From assembly GCA_946628295.1 (NCBI GenBank), contig CAMOWI010000002.1, forward strand, positions 11,596-75,595: a DNA stretch of 64,000 bases, written 5' to 3'. Within the stretch, counting starts at the first letter, position 1; the number at the start of each line of letters is the position of its first letter. This DNA comes from an uncultured bacterium. Its GTDB lineage: Bacteria > Bacteroidota > Bacteroidia > Bacteroidales > Bacteroidaceae. A model generated the notes under the pieces. That model had not been told where the DNA came from. It saw only the letters and a program-made list of their open reading frames with translations, and ran no database searches. Of the stretch, positions 48,450-58,721 are shown piece after piece. The position numbers and the translations under genes were made by a program.

Positions 48450-49163
48450 ATGGGCATATTATATGTTGTGCCGACTCCTGTCGGTAATATGGAGGATATG
48501 ACGTTCCGCGCCGTTCGCATATTAAAAGAGGTGGACTTGGTGCTTGCAGAGGATACCCGTACATCAGGCATTCTGCTGAAACACTATGAGATCAAGAATC
48601 AGTTGATGTCACACCATAAGTTTAATGAGCACGGTACGAGTGCAGGCATAGTTCAGCGGCTGCTGGCCGGTGAGAATGTGGCACTGATCAGCGACGCGGG
48701 CACTCCGGGCATCAGTGATCCGGGATTCTTCCTGGTTCGTGAGGCTGTCAGGGCTGGGGTAGAGGTGCAGTGCCTGCCCGGAGCAACGGCTTTTGTGCCC
48801 GCCCTGGTGTCGAGCGGCCTGCCCTGCGACCGTTTTGCCTTCGAAGGCTTCCTGCCTCAGAAGAAAGGTCGGCAGACCAAACTGGAGTCTCTCAGGGAAG
48901 AGCAGCGCACGATGATCTTCTACGAGTCGCCCTATCGCTTGGTGAAGACGCTCCAGCAGTTTGCCGAAGTCTATGGGGGCGACCGTCAGGTGAGTGTCTG
49001 CCGTGAGATATCCAAGGTCCATGAGGAGAGCGTGCGTGGTTCGCTCACCGAGGTGATAGCCCATTTCAAGGAGAAAGAGCCGAAGGGCGAGATCGTGATT
49101 GTGCTCGCCGGCTGTGATGGGAAGAGTGAAAAGAATGAAATATTAAAAACCAAAACAGAATAG
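48450..49163 (+). CDS. rsmI: 16S rRNA C1402 2'-O-methyltransferase
   Basis: LYVVPTPVGNMED, AEDTRT, SDAGTPGISDPG, YESPYR, REISKVHEE. Confidence 0.95.
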   Translation: MGILYVVPTPVGNMEDMTFRAVRILKEVDLVLAEDTRTSGILLKHYEIKNQLMSHHKFNEHGTSAGIVQRLLAGENVALISDAGTPGISDPGFFLVREAVRAGVEVQCLPGATAFVPALVSSGLPCDRFAFEGFLPQKKGRQTKLESLREEQRTMIFYESPYRLVKTLQQFAEVYGGDRQVSVCREISKVHEESVRGSLTEVIAHFKEKEPKGEIVIVLAGCDGKSEKNEILKTKTE

Positions 49164-49167
49164 GATT

Positions 49168-50016
49168 ATGAAGAAATTGACAGTACTGGCCGTATGTGCA
49201 CTGGCTATCGCCGGTTGTAAGAACGAGGCTCCCAAGCAGGACCTTGCGGCCATTCAGATGCGTGACTCGTTGAACCAGATCATTGCCCAGAAGGACAATG
49301 AGATCAACGACATGATTTCCACCTTCAGCGACATCGAGGAAGGCTTCCGTGAGATTACCGATGCCCAGAACCGGGTGACGCTGGCCCAGCAGGGCGAGGG
49401 CACCAACTCTGCCAAGCGTATCAAGGAGAACATGCAGTTCATCCAGCAGACAATGCGCCAGAACAAGGAACTCATCAACAAACTCAAGCAGCAGCTGCGC
49501 GAGAGCAGCTTCAAGGGTGACCAGCTGAAGAAGCTCATCGAGAACATGCAGAAACAGATGGAGGAGAAGGAAGCCCAGATGCAGGCTCTGCGCGAGGAAC
49601 TCGACAAGAAGGACATCCATATCGCCGAACTCGACGAGACGGTGGCCAACCTGACCAATGATGTCAACCAGCTGACAGAGGAGACCACCCAGAAGTCGCA
49701 GACCATCAGCGCCCAGGATAAGGACCTGCATACTGCCTGGTTCGTCTTTGGCACCAAGAAGGAGCTGAAGGAACAGCGCATCCTGGACGACGGTGAGGTG
49801 CTGCGCTCGAACTTCAACAAGGACTACTTCACCAAGATCGACTACCGCATCGACAAGGAGATCAAGTTCTACAGCAAGTCGGCCAAGATGCTCACGGCTC
49901 ACCCCTCAAGCTCCTATACCCTGCAGCGTGATGCCAACAAGCAGTACGTGCTCCGCATCACCAATCCCGACCTCTTCTGGTCTACCAGCAAGTATCTCGT
50001 GGTTGAGGTGAAGTAA
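49168..50016 (+). CDS. Coiled-coil lipoprotein (Cbp1-like)
   Basis: Lipobox IAGC, long heptad region, C-terminal LRITNPDLFWSTSKYLVV. Confidence 0.65.
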   Translation: MKKLTVLAVCALAIAGCKNEAPKQDLAAIQMRDSLNQIIAQKDNEINDMISTFSDIEEGFREITDAQNRVTLAQQGEGTNSAKRIKENMQFIQQTMRQNKELINKLKQQLRESSFKGDQLKKLIENMQKQMEEKEAQMQALREELDKKDIHIAELDETVANLTNDVNQLTEETTQKSQTISAQDKDLHTAWFVFGTKKELKEQRILDDGEVLRSNFNKDYFTKIDYRIDKEIKFYSKSAKMLTAHPSSSYTLQRDANKQYVLRITNPDLFWSTSKYLVVEVK

Positions 50017-50042
50017 ATCTCCCACCTTATTATAAATGTATA

Positions 50043-50079
50043 AATGCCTCCCGAAGTCCGATGTGTTTCGGGAGGCATT
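50043..50079. terminator. Hairpin between convergent genes
   Basis: AATGCCTCCCGAA...TTCGGGAGGCATT, 13-bp stem. Confidence 0.7.
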
Positions 50080-50126
50080 GTTGTGCGTAAGCCCCATTCG
50101 GAGATTTCACTTTCTGCCTTGGCGTG

Positions 50127-51077
50127 TCACAATTGTTCGATTTCACCGGTGGAGAGGCCTGTTATCTCAGCAATGTCGCTGATGGGGAAGCCCTTAGCCT
50201 TCATCTTGCGTGCATTAGCAAGACGCTCTTCAGCTCTTCCTTGTTCCAGTCCTTGTTCCAGTCCTTTTTTCATTCCTTTTTCCATTCCTTGTTCCAGTCC
50301 TCGTTCCAGTCCTTCGAGCACTTTAGTCTCAAGAACGTCGTTCTGGATCATGATGTTGTTGATGTGGCGGTCGTAGGCTGTGCGCTCTGCAGGCGTCATC
50401 TTCAGATATTGCAGCTTCTTCTTGGCTTGTGCCAAGCCGGGAGTCGTGGTGCCGTCCTTGATGCGGCCGTTCTTCAGGTACTCAAGCCACTCGTCGAGTG
50501 GAGTGGTGGCCACTTTGTCGAACTCGTTGACGCGGATGATGTAGTATTCTGGGAAGATGCTCGTGGGCGTCACCATGCGGATGGTGTCCTTGTCGCGCTG
50601 GTTCACTATCAGCTCGTCGTTGGTGTGGATGCCGAAGAACTGGTTCTGCCCGTGATACACATAGTCGGAACCCTTGCCCAGGTCGAAGTAGACGATGCTG
50701 ATGGAGTACACCTTCTTCACCTGGTTGTACTTGTCGCCTAGGTCGATGTGTTCGGTGATGGTCTTTGCCACGCCGTATAGGATGCGCTGCAGGTAGTAGA
50801 GCTCGCGTGTTTGCTGGATCTCGACGATGATGATTTCGTCCTTGGAGTTCTTGGCCTTGATATCGACGCGGTTGAACTTGTCGTTCTCGTCCTCCTGGTT
50901 GCCCTCGCTTTCAAGTATCTCCACAATCTTGACCTGTTCGCCGAGCAGCACGGTCAACAGTCCTTCGACAACGTCGAAGTTAGCCTTGTTGCGCAGCATG
51001 CGTTTCATCGCCCAGTCAAATCGTATGTATCTCTCCATTGTCCTTCCCGTTACGGTGTTGTCTTTTCCTGTTTCCAT
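50127..51077 (-). CDS. Rpn family / PD-(D/E)XK nuclease-family protein
   Basis: RFDWAMKR, RVDIKA, IVEIQ, KVYSISI; C-terminal GLEQG repeats and IAEITGLS. Confidence 0.9.
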   Translation of the reverse strand: METGKDNTVTGRTMERYIRFDWAMKRMLRNKANFDVVEGLLTVLLGEQVKIVEILESEGNQEDENDKFNRVDIKAKNSKDEIIIVEIQQTRELYYLQRILYGVAKTITEHIDLGDKYNQVKKVYSISIVYFDLGKGSDYVYHGQNQFFGIHTNDELIVNQRDKDTIRMVTPTSIFPEYYIIRVNEFDKVATTPLDEWLEYLKNGRIKDGTTTPGLAQAKKKLQYLKMTPAERTAYDRHINNIMIQNDVLETKVLEGLERGLEQGMEKGMKKGLEQGLEQGRAEERLANARKMKAKGFPISDIAEITGLSTGEIEQL

Positions 51078-51194
51078 AATACTTTGATTTGTGATTAATA
51101 CGCTGCAAAGTTAGCAATTATTTTCGAAACTGCCAAACATTTCCCTCAAAACTTATTGCTTACGGCCTTAAATCCATGTTGATGCTACGTCTAT

Positions 51195-51626
51195 TTAACT
51201 TTTATTCTCCATATCCATCGCCTCCTTCCCCGAATCTATGTGCTTCTTACAGGGGGGCTGCGGATGATACCCTTCTGCAGTCGCTTGATGTCGAAGGTTG
51301 CGAAGCCCTCGCCCCACAGTTCTACGCGGCGCTGCCACCATAGCCGTGCGCGGAGCCCCAGTCAGGTTCTTCTCCGTAGTGACGATGATGAGCGTGTCCG
51401 TGCCCCCCGTGCCGCTCTCCTTCTTGACCTTGAGCCACGTGGCATCGGTCGTGGCCGTCCAGGCACCGCCGGTGTGGAAGAGCATCACAGCCACCTGACG
51501 GGGCACGGAATACATCTCCACGGGGCCGTCGCTCGACAGACGCACGCCGCCCACCTCGTCCTTCAGGCATCCCGCCAGCAGGCTCAACGCCAGCAGCAGG
51601 CACACTATCATTGCACTTTTCTTCAT
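51195..51626 (-). pseudogene. Truncated BACON-domain lipoprotein fused out of frame to a susD fragment
   Basis: Lipobox LAGC and WTATTDATWLKV...NLTGAPRTA; then 51257-51340 matches susD 52718-52801 at 76/84 nt. Confidence 0.7.
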
Positions 51627-51675
51627 AAACAGTTGCAAAAGTACGGTTTTTATTCGAAACCGCCAAATATTGCGC

Positions 51676-51717
51676 AAAAAAGTAACGGCTCCCGATACAC
51701 ACAGGTACCGGGAGCCG
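51676..51717 (-). terminator. Intrinsic terminator of the left susC operon
   Basis: CGGCTCCCG...CGGGAGCCG stem followed on the minus strand by TTACTTTTTT. Confidence 0.7.
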
Positions 51718-51740
51718 CTGTTTAGGATGTTGTCAGTACT

Positions 51741-52511
51741 TTATTCTCCGGGAAGCTTCTCCAGCGTCAGGACGTCATTGTACTCGCCGAAGCTACCGGC
51801 ATCCACCGTCCAGCGGAATACGAATGTGAACTGCTTCTTATCCTTGTCGAAGCTACTGCCGCGGTCGGTCACACTGACCATGCCGTATTTGGAATGCACG
51901 TAACCTGTCTGCACCTTCGAGGGATACATCGTCACGTTAGAGCCACTGGGCGAGAAGGCAATGCCGTAGCCCTCGTACCAGTTGTCTACGATGCGGTAGC
52001 GGTTGCCAATCTCAGAGTACTCCACCTCAACGGGCCACTCATCCTGGAAGAAGTCGCAATAATAGGTACCGTCGCAAAGGTAATGGTAGTCGAGGCCGGC
52101 GAACTCAGTATTCTGCATGGTTTTGGTGCTGCCATTGACGGCCACCACAGAGACCGTATACACGCCCTTCAGACCGGTGATGTAGACATCCTGCTCTGAA
52201 GCACCGGAAATCTGGTCGAGCTTCGTTCCGTTCGACACCACGTATTCGGCATACTGCTCGTCGCTCATGCCGCGAGCCTCTTTGTCGGCGGTCAGCTCGG
52301 CCAGATAGTAGGCCGACTGTGTGGCCGAATTGGCTGCCACGCGGATGAAGCAATCGTTGTCGGGGTTGTAGTCGCCGCTGGAAGCAAACTGGTAGAGTGT
52401 TGCCACGGGCTTACTATCGCCGCCAGGCTCGGTGCCGCTCTCTTCCTTACAGCTCATGAAGGCCAGTCCGACAAAGAGCACCGTCATAACGCTTTCAAAA
52501 TATCTTTTCAT
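51741..52511 (-). CDS. Surface lipoprotein downstream of susD
   Basis: Lipobox FMSC followed by KEES; beta-rich; co-oriented with susCD. Confidence 0.75.
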   Translation of the reverse strand: MKRYFESVMTVLFVGLAFMSCKEESGTEPGGDSKPVATLYQFASSGDYNPDNDCFIRVAANSATQSAYYLAELTADKEARGMSDEQYAEYVVSNGTKLDQISGASEQDVYITGLKGVYTVSVVAVNGSTKTMQNTEFAGLDYHYLCDGTYYCDFFQDEWPVEVEYSEIGNRYRIVDNWYEGYGIAFSPSGSNVTMYPSKVQTGYVHSKYGMVSVTDRGSSFDKDKKQFTFVFRWTVDAGSFGEYNDVLTLEKLPGE

Positions 52512-52549
52512 ACGTCTTTACTAATTTAAATAGTTACACACACTTTAAC

Positions 52550-54226
52550 TTATTCCCAGGTGAAGGGGTCAGAGTTGCCCACAGGTGCCACCGGCGTAGG
52601 ATTGTTCGTGCAGGCAGAGTTGTTGTTGGTCTCCGACTGAACGATACACAGGTTCATCCACTGTGGAACGCTCTGCTGGTTCCACTGGTAGCCATCCAGG
52701 TGGTTCGTACCCTCGTAGCTGCGGATGATGCCCTTCTCGAGGCGCTTCACGTCGAACGTTGCGAAGCCCTCGCCCCACAGCTCTACGCGGCGCTGCCACC
52801 ACACCTCGTTGCGGAACCTGCCGGTAGAGGTGTTGTAGTAGGCCTCGTTGTGAGTGCCGTACTCGTAGTTCTCGTCGCGGGTCTTGGCAAACTCGGTGAG
52901 CAGCTGGATGCCGCGTGCCTCGTCCTGCATACCGGCAGCCTCGGCCTCGATGAGCTTCATCTCCTCGACACGCATCAGGGGCACTGCCACGGTGAAGGCG
53001 GTGTACTGGTTGAGGTGCTCGCCATCCTTCGGACGGAACTTCAGCTCGATGCAGCCCAGCGATGCGCGGGCCGACACGTTGTAACCCGTGGCAAACACGC
53101 CTGCGGGGTCGTCGGTATAGGGCTCCAGGGCTTCCAAAATCTCGGCCTTGGTCTCCATCTCGTCGAGAGCCGGGTCAATCCAGCACATACGGCGGAAGTC
53201 GGTCTCGGGAATGGTGCTGAACAGGTGGGCGTCGATACGCTTCGGGCCTACATAGTTGGCAGAGTAGCCGCACTCAGAACCACTCACCTCTACAATCATC
53301 TGCGAACCCCAGCTGGAGTCGGCGTCGTTCTCGGTGATGTTGGGGTCGGTAGATCGGTAGGTCAGTCCGAACATCCACGAGTCGTTGGGCTTGTTGAAGC
53401 CCTCGGTCTTCGAGAGATACTGATCTGCGGTCATCACGGTGTAGCCCTGCTGTGCCAGCTTGGCATACTTCTCGGCGTTGGCCCAATCCTCCATAGTCAG
53501 ATAGGCGCGGGCCTTCAGGCCGTAGACCACGCTCTGGTCGGGCGTGAACTTGTCGGCACGCTTATATCCGGCAAGCAGCGTCTCGGCCTTGTCCAGGTCG
53601 GAGAGGATGAACTCAAACATCTCCTTGTTGGTGGCACGGGGATTCTCGGTAGACTCTGCCAGTCCGAGCGTCTCGCGCACGATGGGCACCGTCTCGGCAT
53701 TCTGGTTCCTGGCGTAGGTCTCAGGAGCATACATACGGGCCAGGTCCATGTAGAACATGGCGCGCATGGCGTAGGCGATACCAGCACCGGTGGCATGCTC
53801 CTCGTCGGGTTCGGCACCGGCCAGGTCGAGCACCGTGTTACAGTTCTTGATCCAGCCGTAGTAGTAGGTCCAGGGCAGCTGGCAGACAGCATAGGTCGGG
53901 CCGAGGCCTGTACCTGATGTGTACCAGGTGGTGTACCACTCCGAGCCGCTGGTCTCAGCGGCGATGTCGTTACCCATCACGTCGCGCTGCAGGAAGAACG
54001 AGGGATAGCCGAAGTCCCAGGGATAGTGTGAACTGCCGCCATAGGTGAAGTCGCCATTGAGCGAGCTGGTGATGGAGGCAACGAAATTCTCGAAGGCCCC
54101 GGGAGCGGCAGCGGCCTGATCCCTGGTGACCGTGCTCGACTGCGGGTCAATCTCTTTGATGCAGCTGTTCAGGGTCGTGACGGTGGTCAGAGCCAGGGCT
54201 GCCATATATACTATTGATTTTTTCAT
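52550..54226 (-). CDS. SusD/RagB family lipoprotein
   Basis: Lipobox LNSC, YAMRAMFYMDL, GLKARAYL, MRVEEMKLIEAEA, QRRVELWGEG. Confidence 0.93.
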   Translation of the reverse strand: MKKSIVYMAALALTTVTTLNSCIKEIDPQSSTVTRDQAAAAPGAFENFVASITSSLNGDFTYGGSSHYPWDFGYPSFFLQRDVMGNDIAAETSGSEWYTTWYTSGTGLGPTYAVCQLPWTYYYGWIKNCNTVLDLAGAEPDEEHATGAGIAYAMRAMFYMDLARMYAPETYARNQNAETVPIVRETLGLAESTENPRATNKEMFEFILSDLDKAETLLAGYKRADKFTPDQSVVYGLKARAYLTMEDWANAEKYAKLAQQGYTVMTADQYLSKTEGFNKPNDSWMFGLTYRSTDPNITENDADSSWGSQMIVEVSGSECGYSANYVGPKRIDAHLFSTIPETDFRRMCWIDPALDEMETKAEILEALEPYTDDPAGVFATGYNVSARASLGCIELKFRPKDGEHLNQYTAFTVAVPLMRVEEMKLIEAEAAGMQDEARGIQLLTEFAKTRDENYEYGTHNEAYYNTSTGRFRNEVWWQRRVELWGEGFATFDVKRLEKGIIRSYEGTNHLDGYQWNQQSVPQWMNLCIVQSETNNNSACTNNPTPVAPVGNSDPFTWE

Positions 54227-54262
54227 ATTCTTTATTCTCCTTAATGTTTCTGATTAACCTTA

Positions 54263-57200
54263 TTAGAATGACACCTGGATACCACCCATGATAGTACGCA
54301 TCAGTGAGTAAGAAGCGAGCGACTCGGTGGAACCGTAGTCGTAGCGGGGGTCGAGACCCTTGCGGGCACTCCAGAAGCCGAGGTTCTCACCCGTGGCGTA
54401 GACGCGCAGCTTCTCCACGCCGATGCCCTTGAGCAGGCTCTTCGGCAGGGTGTAGCCCACGGAGAACGACTGGAAGTTCAGGTAGGCAGCGCTGGCCAGG
54501 AAGCGGTCGCAGGTGGCCACGGTGTACTGGTCGCCGAACTGGAAGCGGGGGATGTCGCTCTGCGTGTTGTTGGGCGTCCACGACTTCAGCAGGTCCTTGT
54601 GGAAGGCCGAGCCGGCATCGCCGTTGTCCACCCAGTTGCTCATGAAGTTGGCGTACTGGCGGTCGTAAATCTTACCACCAATCTGGTAGTCGAAGTTCAC
54701 GTTCACGTCGAAGCCGTAGAGCACGAGGGTCGTTCCGAATCCACCGTAGGCCTTCGGCAGCATCGACTCGCCGGCATAGCGGGTGGCCTCACCGATCTGG
54801 GTGGTAGTGCCGCTCTTCTTCTGGCCGGCCTTCGAGGTGTTGTTGGCAGTCACCTTGCCACCCAGGGGCGAGAGGTCCTCGTCGTACCAGTAGAGGGCCT
54901 CACCCTTGTCGTTCACGCCGGCATAGCTGTACATGAAGGGGCAATAGAGCGAGCCGCCCTCCTCGTACCACATCTGCACGGCACCGTTGGTGGCACCCGA
55001 GCTGACGGGAATCCAGGTTTCGGCGAAACCGCCGTTCACCTTGATCTTCGACTCAGGCAGCTTGAGGATCTTCTCCTTGTTGTGCGAGATGTTGAAGTTC
55101 ACGCTCCATGTGATATTCTTCGAGCGGATGATGTCGGCATTCAGGGTCAGCTCGACACCCGTGCTGCGCTTGTCGCCGATGTTGCCGTAGTAGCCGCGGG
55201 CACCTGTAGACTCAGGCACTGACAGCCAGAAGAGCAGGTCGGTGGTCTTCTTGTTATAGAACTCGATGGTACCGGTCAGGCGGTTCTTGAACAGACCGAA
55301 GTCGAGACCGATGTTGAGCGAAGTGGTGGTCTCCCAGGTGATGTCCTTGTTACCGAAGCGATAGAACGAGGGAGTCATCTGTGTAGGCGACGAGGGCGAC
55401 AGCGAGTACAGGTCGGTATAGGCCCAATTGCCGATACCGTCGTTACCCACCTGTCCGAGCGACACCTTCAGCTTCAGCTGGTCGAGCCAGCCCTTGGTGG
55501 TCTCCATGAAGCGCTCCTTCGAGATCATCCAGGCAGCACCGAAGCTCCAGAACGAACCCCAGCGGTTGTCCTTGGCGAAGCGGCTCGAAGCGTCGCGACG
55601 GTAGGAAGCGTCGGCGAAGTACTTCTCGTCGAAGTTATAGAGCACGCGGCCGAACCAGCCCTCCACGTTGTACTCAGAGGTATAGGAACTCGACTTGTAC
55701 TGGAAGTTGGCGGCGGCGTCGATTTCCTTGATGTCGGGAGTGAACAGGCCCTGACCGGTAGCAGACAGATAGGTGGTCTTCGTGTCGTACCACTCATGTC
55801 CGAGCACGGCCGAGAGGCTGTGCAGGCCGAAGGCCTTGTTGAAGTTCAGCGTCTGTACGTGGTTCTGGCGATAGGTGTCCGTCTGGCTCTTGCCGATCTC
55901 ACCGTTCACGCCCACCTTCGGGCCGTAGAGCTGGCTCTCGTAGTCGGAGTAGTTGGTGTGGCCCCAGGTGATGTTGCTCGTGGCGTTGAAGCGCAGCCAG
56001 TCGGTGAACTTCACATCGACGTTGCCCGTGGCGTTCAGCTGGTTGCCCTTGCTGTTCACGTCGTTGTAGAGGTTGCTGCCCAGGGGGTTACCGGTCTGCA
56101 GGAATGCACGGGGATTGGGATAGTCAGTGCCGGGACGTCCGTAGTCGAACTGTGGATTGCCGTTGGCATCGGTACGGATGACGGGCAGACCCGTAGCGGG
56201 GTCGATCACGCGCACGTAGATAGGATAGATCGGGGCGATACGAGTGGTGTAGTAGCTCAGGTTGGTAGAGCCGAGCTGATACTCGTCGTTGTTCGGGTTA
56301 CTGATGGTCTTGCTGTGGGTGTAGCCGATGTTGGCACCTACGCGCAGCCACTTGGTCAGGTCGTAGTTGGCCTTCAGGCGGGCAGTGAAACGGTCGAAGC
56401 TGGAGTTGTCGATGATACCGTCCTCGTTCAGATAGGCAGCCGAGATGTAGTAGTCGCTCTTCTCCGTACCGCCGCTGGCGTTCACCTCGTACTCCTGGCG
56501 GAAGCCCCTCTTATAGGCAGCGTCGGTCCAGTCGTCGGGCTGATAGTAGTAGGTCTCGCCGTTGGGGCCTTCCTGACGGTAGCCCAGCGTGGCGGCAGGA
56601 TTCAGCTTGCCGTCCATGCCCACGAGCTGCTGGCCGTCGGGCACGGTGAACACCTGGTAGCCCAGTGCGGCGATCATACCCGTGTTGGCATTGGCATTAG
56701 CCGTAGCGGCGTCCTGGCCCAGGGCATTGTGGTAGTAGTTGTACATCTGGGCGTAGGCCATCTCGTAGTACTGGCCGGGGTCGGTCACCTTGTCGTACTC
56801 CTGCACGGCACGGCTGTTGGCACCCCAGCGCAGGTTCACGTTGATGCGCGGGGCCTGCTTGCTACCCTTCTTGGTGGTGATCAGGATCACGCCGGCGGCA
56901 CCACGGGCACCGTACAGGGCAGCCGAGGCGGCATCCTTCAGCACGCTCACCGACTCGATGTCCTCCTGCGAGATGTTGCTCAGCGAGGCAGCGTAAGGAG
57001 CGCCGTCGACGATGACCAGTGGCTCGGTATTGGCATACATAGAGGCAATACCACGGATGTTGATGTTACCGGCACCGCTACCAGGGGCTCCGGAGCCACC
57101 ACGGATCTGAAGTCCGGGCACCGAACCCACCAGGGCGTTGGCCACGTTGGTCGTCACGTGCTGGTCGAGCTTCTCCGAGCCCACCATCGTGGCAGAACCG

Positions 57201-57550
57201 GTGAAGGCCGACTTCTTCTGCTGACCGAAGGCGACGACCACCACCTCGTCGACCATCTTGGCATCGCTCTTCAGGAATACGCGCATACCGTTCTTGGCGG
57301 TCACCGTCTGGCCCTCAAAGCCCAGATAGGTAATCTCAAGCTGGTTCTTACCTGCGGGGAGGGCAATGTTGAACCGTCCGTTCACGTCAGTCAACATACC
57401 GGTACTCGTACCTACCACCTTGACGGCAGCGCCAATGATGGGCTGACCGTCTTCCTGTGAGAGCACCGTACCAGAAACCTTTGTCTGTGCCAGCGCACTT
57501 CCTACACAGAGGAGGAGGCTGACCATCAACATCGTTAGTCTTTCTTTCAT
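54263..57550 (-). CDS. SusC/RagA family TonB-dependent transporter (left copy)
   Basis: DEVVVVAFG, VLKDAASAALYGARGAAGVILITTKKG, ITWETT, C-terminal F. Confidence 0.96.
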   Translation of the reverse strand: MKERLTMLMVSLLLCVGSALAQTKVSGTVLSQEDGQPIIGAAVKVVGTSTGMLTDVNGRFNIALPAGKNQLEITYLGFEGQTVTAKNGMRVFLKSDAKMVDEVVVVAFGQQKKSAFTGSATMVGSEKLDQHVTTNVANALVGSVPGLQIRGGSGAPGSGAGNINIRGIASMYANTEPLVIVDGAPYAASLSNISQEDIESVSVLKDAASAALYGARGAAGVILITTKKGSKQAPRINVNLRWGANSRAVQEYDKVTDPGQYYEMAYAQMYNYYHNALGQDAATANANANTGMIAALGYQVFTVPDGQQLVGMDGKLNPAATLGYRQEGPNGETYYYQPDDWTDAAYKRGFRQEYEVNASGGTEKSDYYISAAYLNEDGIIDNSSFDRFTARLKANYDLTKWLRVGANIGYTHSKTISNPNNDEYQLGSTNLSYYTTRIAPIYPIYVRVIDPATGLPVIRTDANGNPQFDYGRPGTDYPNPRAFLQTGNPLGSNLYNDVNSKGNQLNATGNVDVKFTDWLRFNATSNITWGHTNYSDYESQLYGPKVGVNGEIGKSQTDTYRQNHVQTLNFNKAFGLHSLSAVLGHEWYDTKTTYLSATGQGLFTPDIKEIDAAANFQYKSSSYTSEYNVEGWFGRVLYNFDEKYFADASYRRDASSRFAKDNRWGSFWSFGAAWMISKERFMETTKGWLDQLKLKVSLGQVGNDGIGNWAYTDLYSLSPSSPTQMTPSFYRFGNKDITWETTTSLNIGLDFGLFKNRLTGTIEFYNKKTTDLLFWLSVPESTGARGYYGNIGDKRSTGVELTLNADIIRSKNITWSVNFNISHNKEKILKLPESKIKVNGGFAETWIPVSSGATNGAVQMWYEEGGSLYCPFMYSYAGVNDKGEALYWYDEDLSPLGGKVTANNTSKAGQKKSGTTTQIGEATRYAGESMLPKAYGGFGTTLVLYGFDVNVNFDYQIGGKIYDRQYANFMSNWVDNGDAGSAFHKDLLKSWTPNNTQSDIPRFQFGDQYTVATCDRFLASAAYLNFQSFSVGYTLPKSLLKGIGVEKLRVYATGENLGFWSARKGLDPRYDYGSTESLASYSLMRTIMGGIQVSF

Positions 57551-57578
57551 AAAATCTCTCTCTTTAGTTAATATTAAA
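57435..57578 (-). repeat. Outer inverted repeat, left arm (144 bp perfect)
   Basis: Exact reverse complement of 59579-59722; imperfect similarity extends to ~57646/59500 and further into both coding regions. Confidence 0.95.
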
Positions 57579-57734
57579 TAGTGTTAAATATCTGTTCACG
57601 TACATTATTATAATATAAACACCTCTCGCGGGGAGGTATGTCGATTGCCCAGTTTAGGGCCTTACAATAACAATCACCTTAATAACGTCATTTAATGTGT
57701 AATACATTAATTAATTTAGAAAAAGAGCAACGCC

Positions 57735-58721
57735 ATGGGAATTACTATCAAATTCGAATTCCATCTTCACATCAGCCGTGTGGAGAAAGAAATGCAATCA
57801 TCAAAGCAACAAACAGACTCTACTATGAACGAAAAAGGGTTCCTCGCAACGGCCAAGGGAATCGCAGAAAAACTGCGCCCTACGTTAAGTCCCTCGACAA
57901 TCAAAAATTACCTGACGGCCCTTCGCTCACTGAAGGAGTACCTTGGCGTGGACATCGCTGTCAATCAACTTGACAGGCAGACTTTCAAAGGTTTTGAGAA
58001 ATGGCTGCTGCAACGGGAGGTCTGCTTGAACACTATCTCATGCTATATGCGCTCACTTCGTTCACTATTGCGGAAAATGAAAGGCAAAGTAGGCATCGAA
58101 GCTTTCGACTCAGTCTATACAGGGAAGGCAAAGACAGAAAAACGTGCAGTTGGGGCATCCGACATTATCAGATTGAAATCCATAAGCCTGAAGCCTGGTT
58201 CGACGATATGCCAGGCACGCGACATGTTCCTATTCAGCTTCTACGCCCTGGGAATGCCTTTCGTGGATATGGCTTTCCTGCGTAAGTCTCAAATAAACAA
58301 CGAGCGGTTGGTGTACCTAAGGCACAAGACGGGTCAACGGATTTCCGTGCGCTTAGAACCATGCATGACAGAAATCATCAGGCGATATCAGACGGATCAT
58401 AATGACTATGTGTTCCCCATCATCAATACTGTCGACCCTGATAAAGCTTATAAGGAATATCATCAGAAACTCGTAGGATACAACCGCGCCCTGAAGTCAC
58501 TGAGCAAGAAGGCGGGCATCTCTGCAAATCTGACATCCTACACCCCAAGGCATACTTGGGCAAGCCTTGCTTATAGCTACAACGTAGACTTGCCTGTCAT
58601 CTCAAAAGCACTGGGGCATGCCAATCCGCAGACCACAATGACTTACATACGACAAATAAACGATGCCAGACTGGAGGATGCCAATCATGGCATTTTGGAA
58701 CGGTTGTCACACCATATATAA
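57735..58721 (+). CDS. Tyrosine recombinase (probable invertase)
   Basis: SAM-like N-domain (NTISCYMRSLRS), FSFYALGMPFVDMAFL, YLRHKTG, SYTPRHTWA, ALGHANPQTTMTY. Start could be 57735, 57792 or 57825. Confidence 0.92.
   Translation: MGITIKFEFHLHISRVEKEMQSSKQQTDSTMNEKGFLATAKGIAEKLRPTLSPSTIKNYLTALRSLKEYLGVDIAVNQLDRQTFKGFEKWLLQREVCLNTISCYMRSLRSLLRKMKGKVGIEAFDSVYTGKAKTEKRAVGASDIIRLKSISLKPGSTICQARDMFLFSFYALGMPFVDMAFLRKSQINNERLVYLRHKTGQRISVRLEPCMTEIIRRYQTDHNDYVFPIINTVDPDKAYKEYHQKLVGYNRALKSLSKKAGISANLTSYTPRHTWASLAYSYNVDLPVISKALGHANPQTTMTYIRQINDARLEDANHGILERLSHHI

Noticed and set aside
51257-52801. susD near-repeat as a diversity-generating retroelement TR/VR pair
   Set aside because: No reverse transcriptase in the window, and most of the eight mismatches are not at adenines.
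55796-57460. 554-aa antisense ORF and similar shadow ORFs (52700-53917, 14067-15239, 49066-49902)
   Set aside because: They lie opposite real genes with strong G/C third-position bias and show no recognisable motifs.
58240-58285. Missing first catalytic Arg (GMPFVD) read as an inactive recombinase
   Set aside because: The GMxFxD variant is common in Bacteroidetes integrases, and the K, RH, GH and Y motifs are present.
57735-58721. Recombinase as a prophage or ICE integrase
   Set aside because: No phage or conjugation genes and no direct att repeats; the flanking repeats are inverted.
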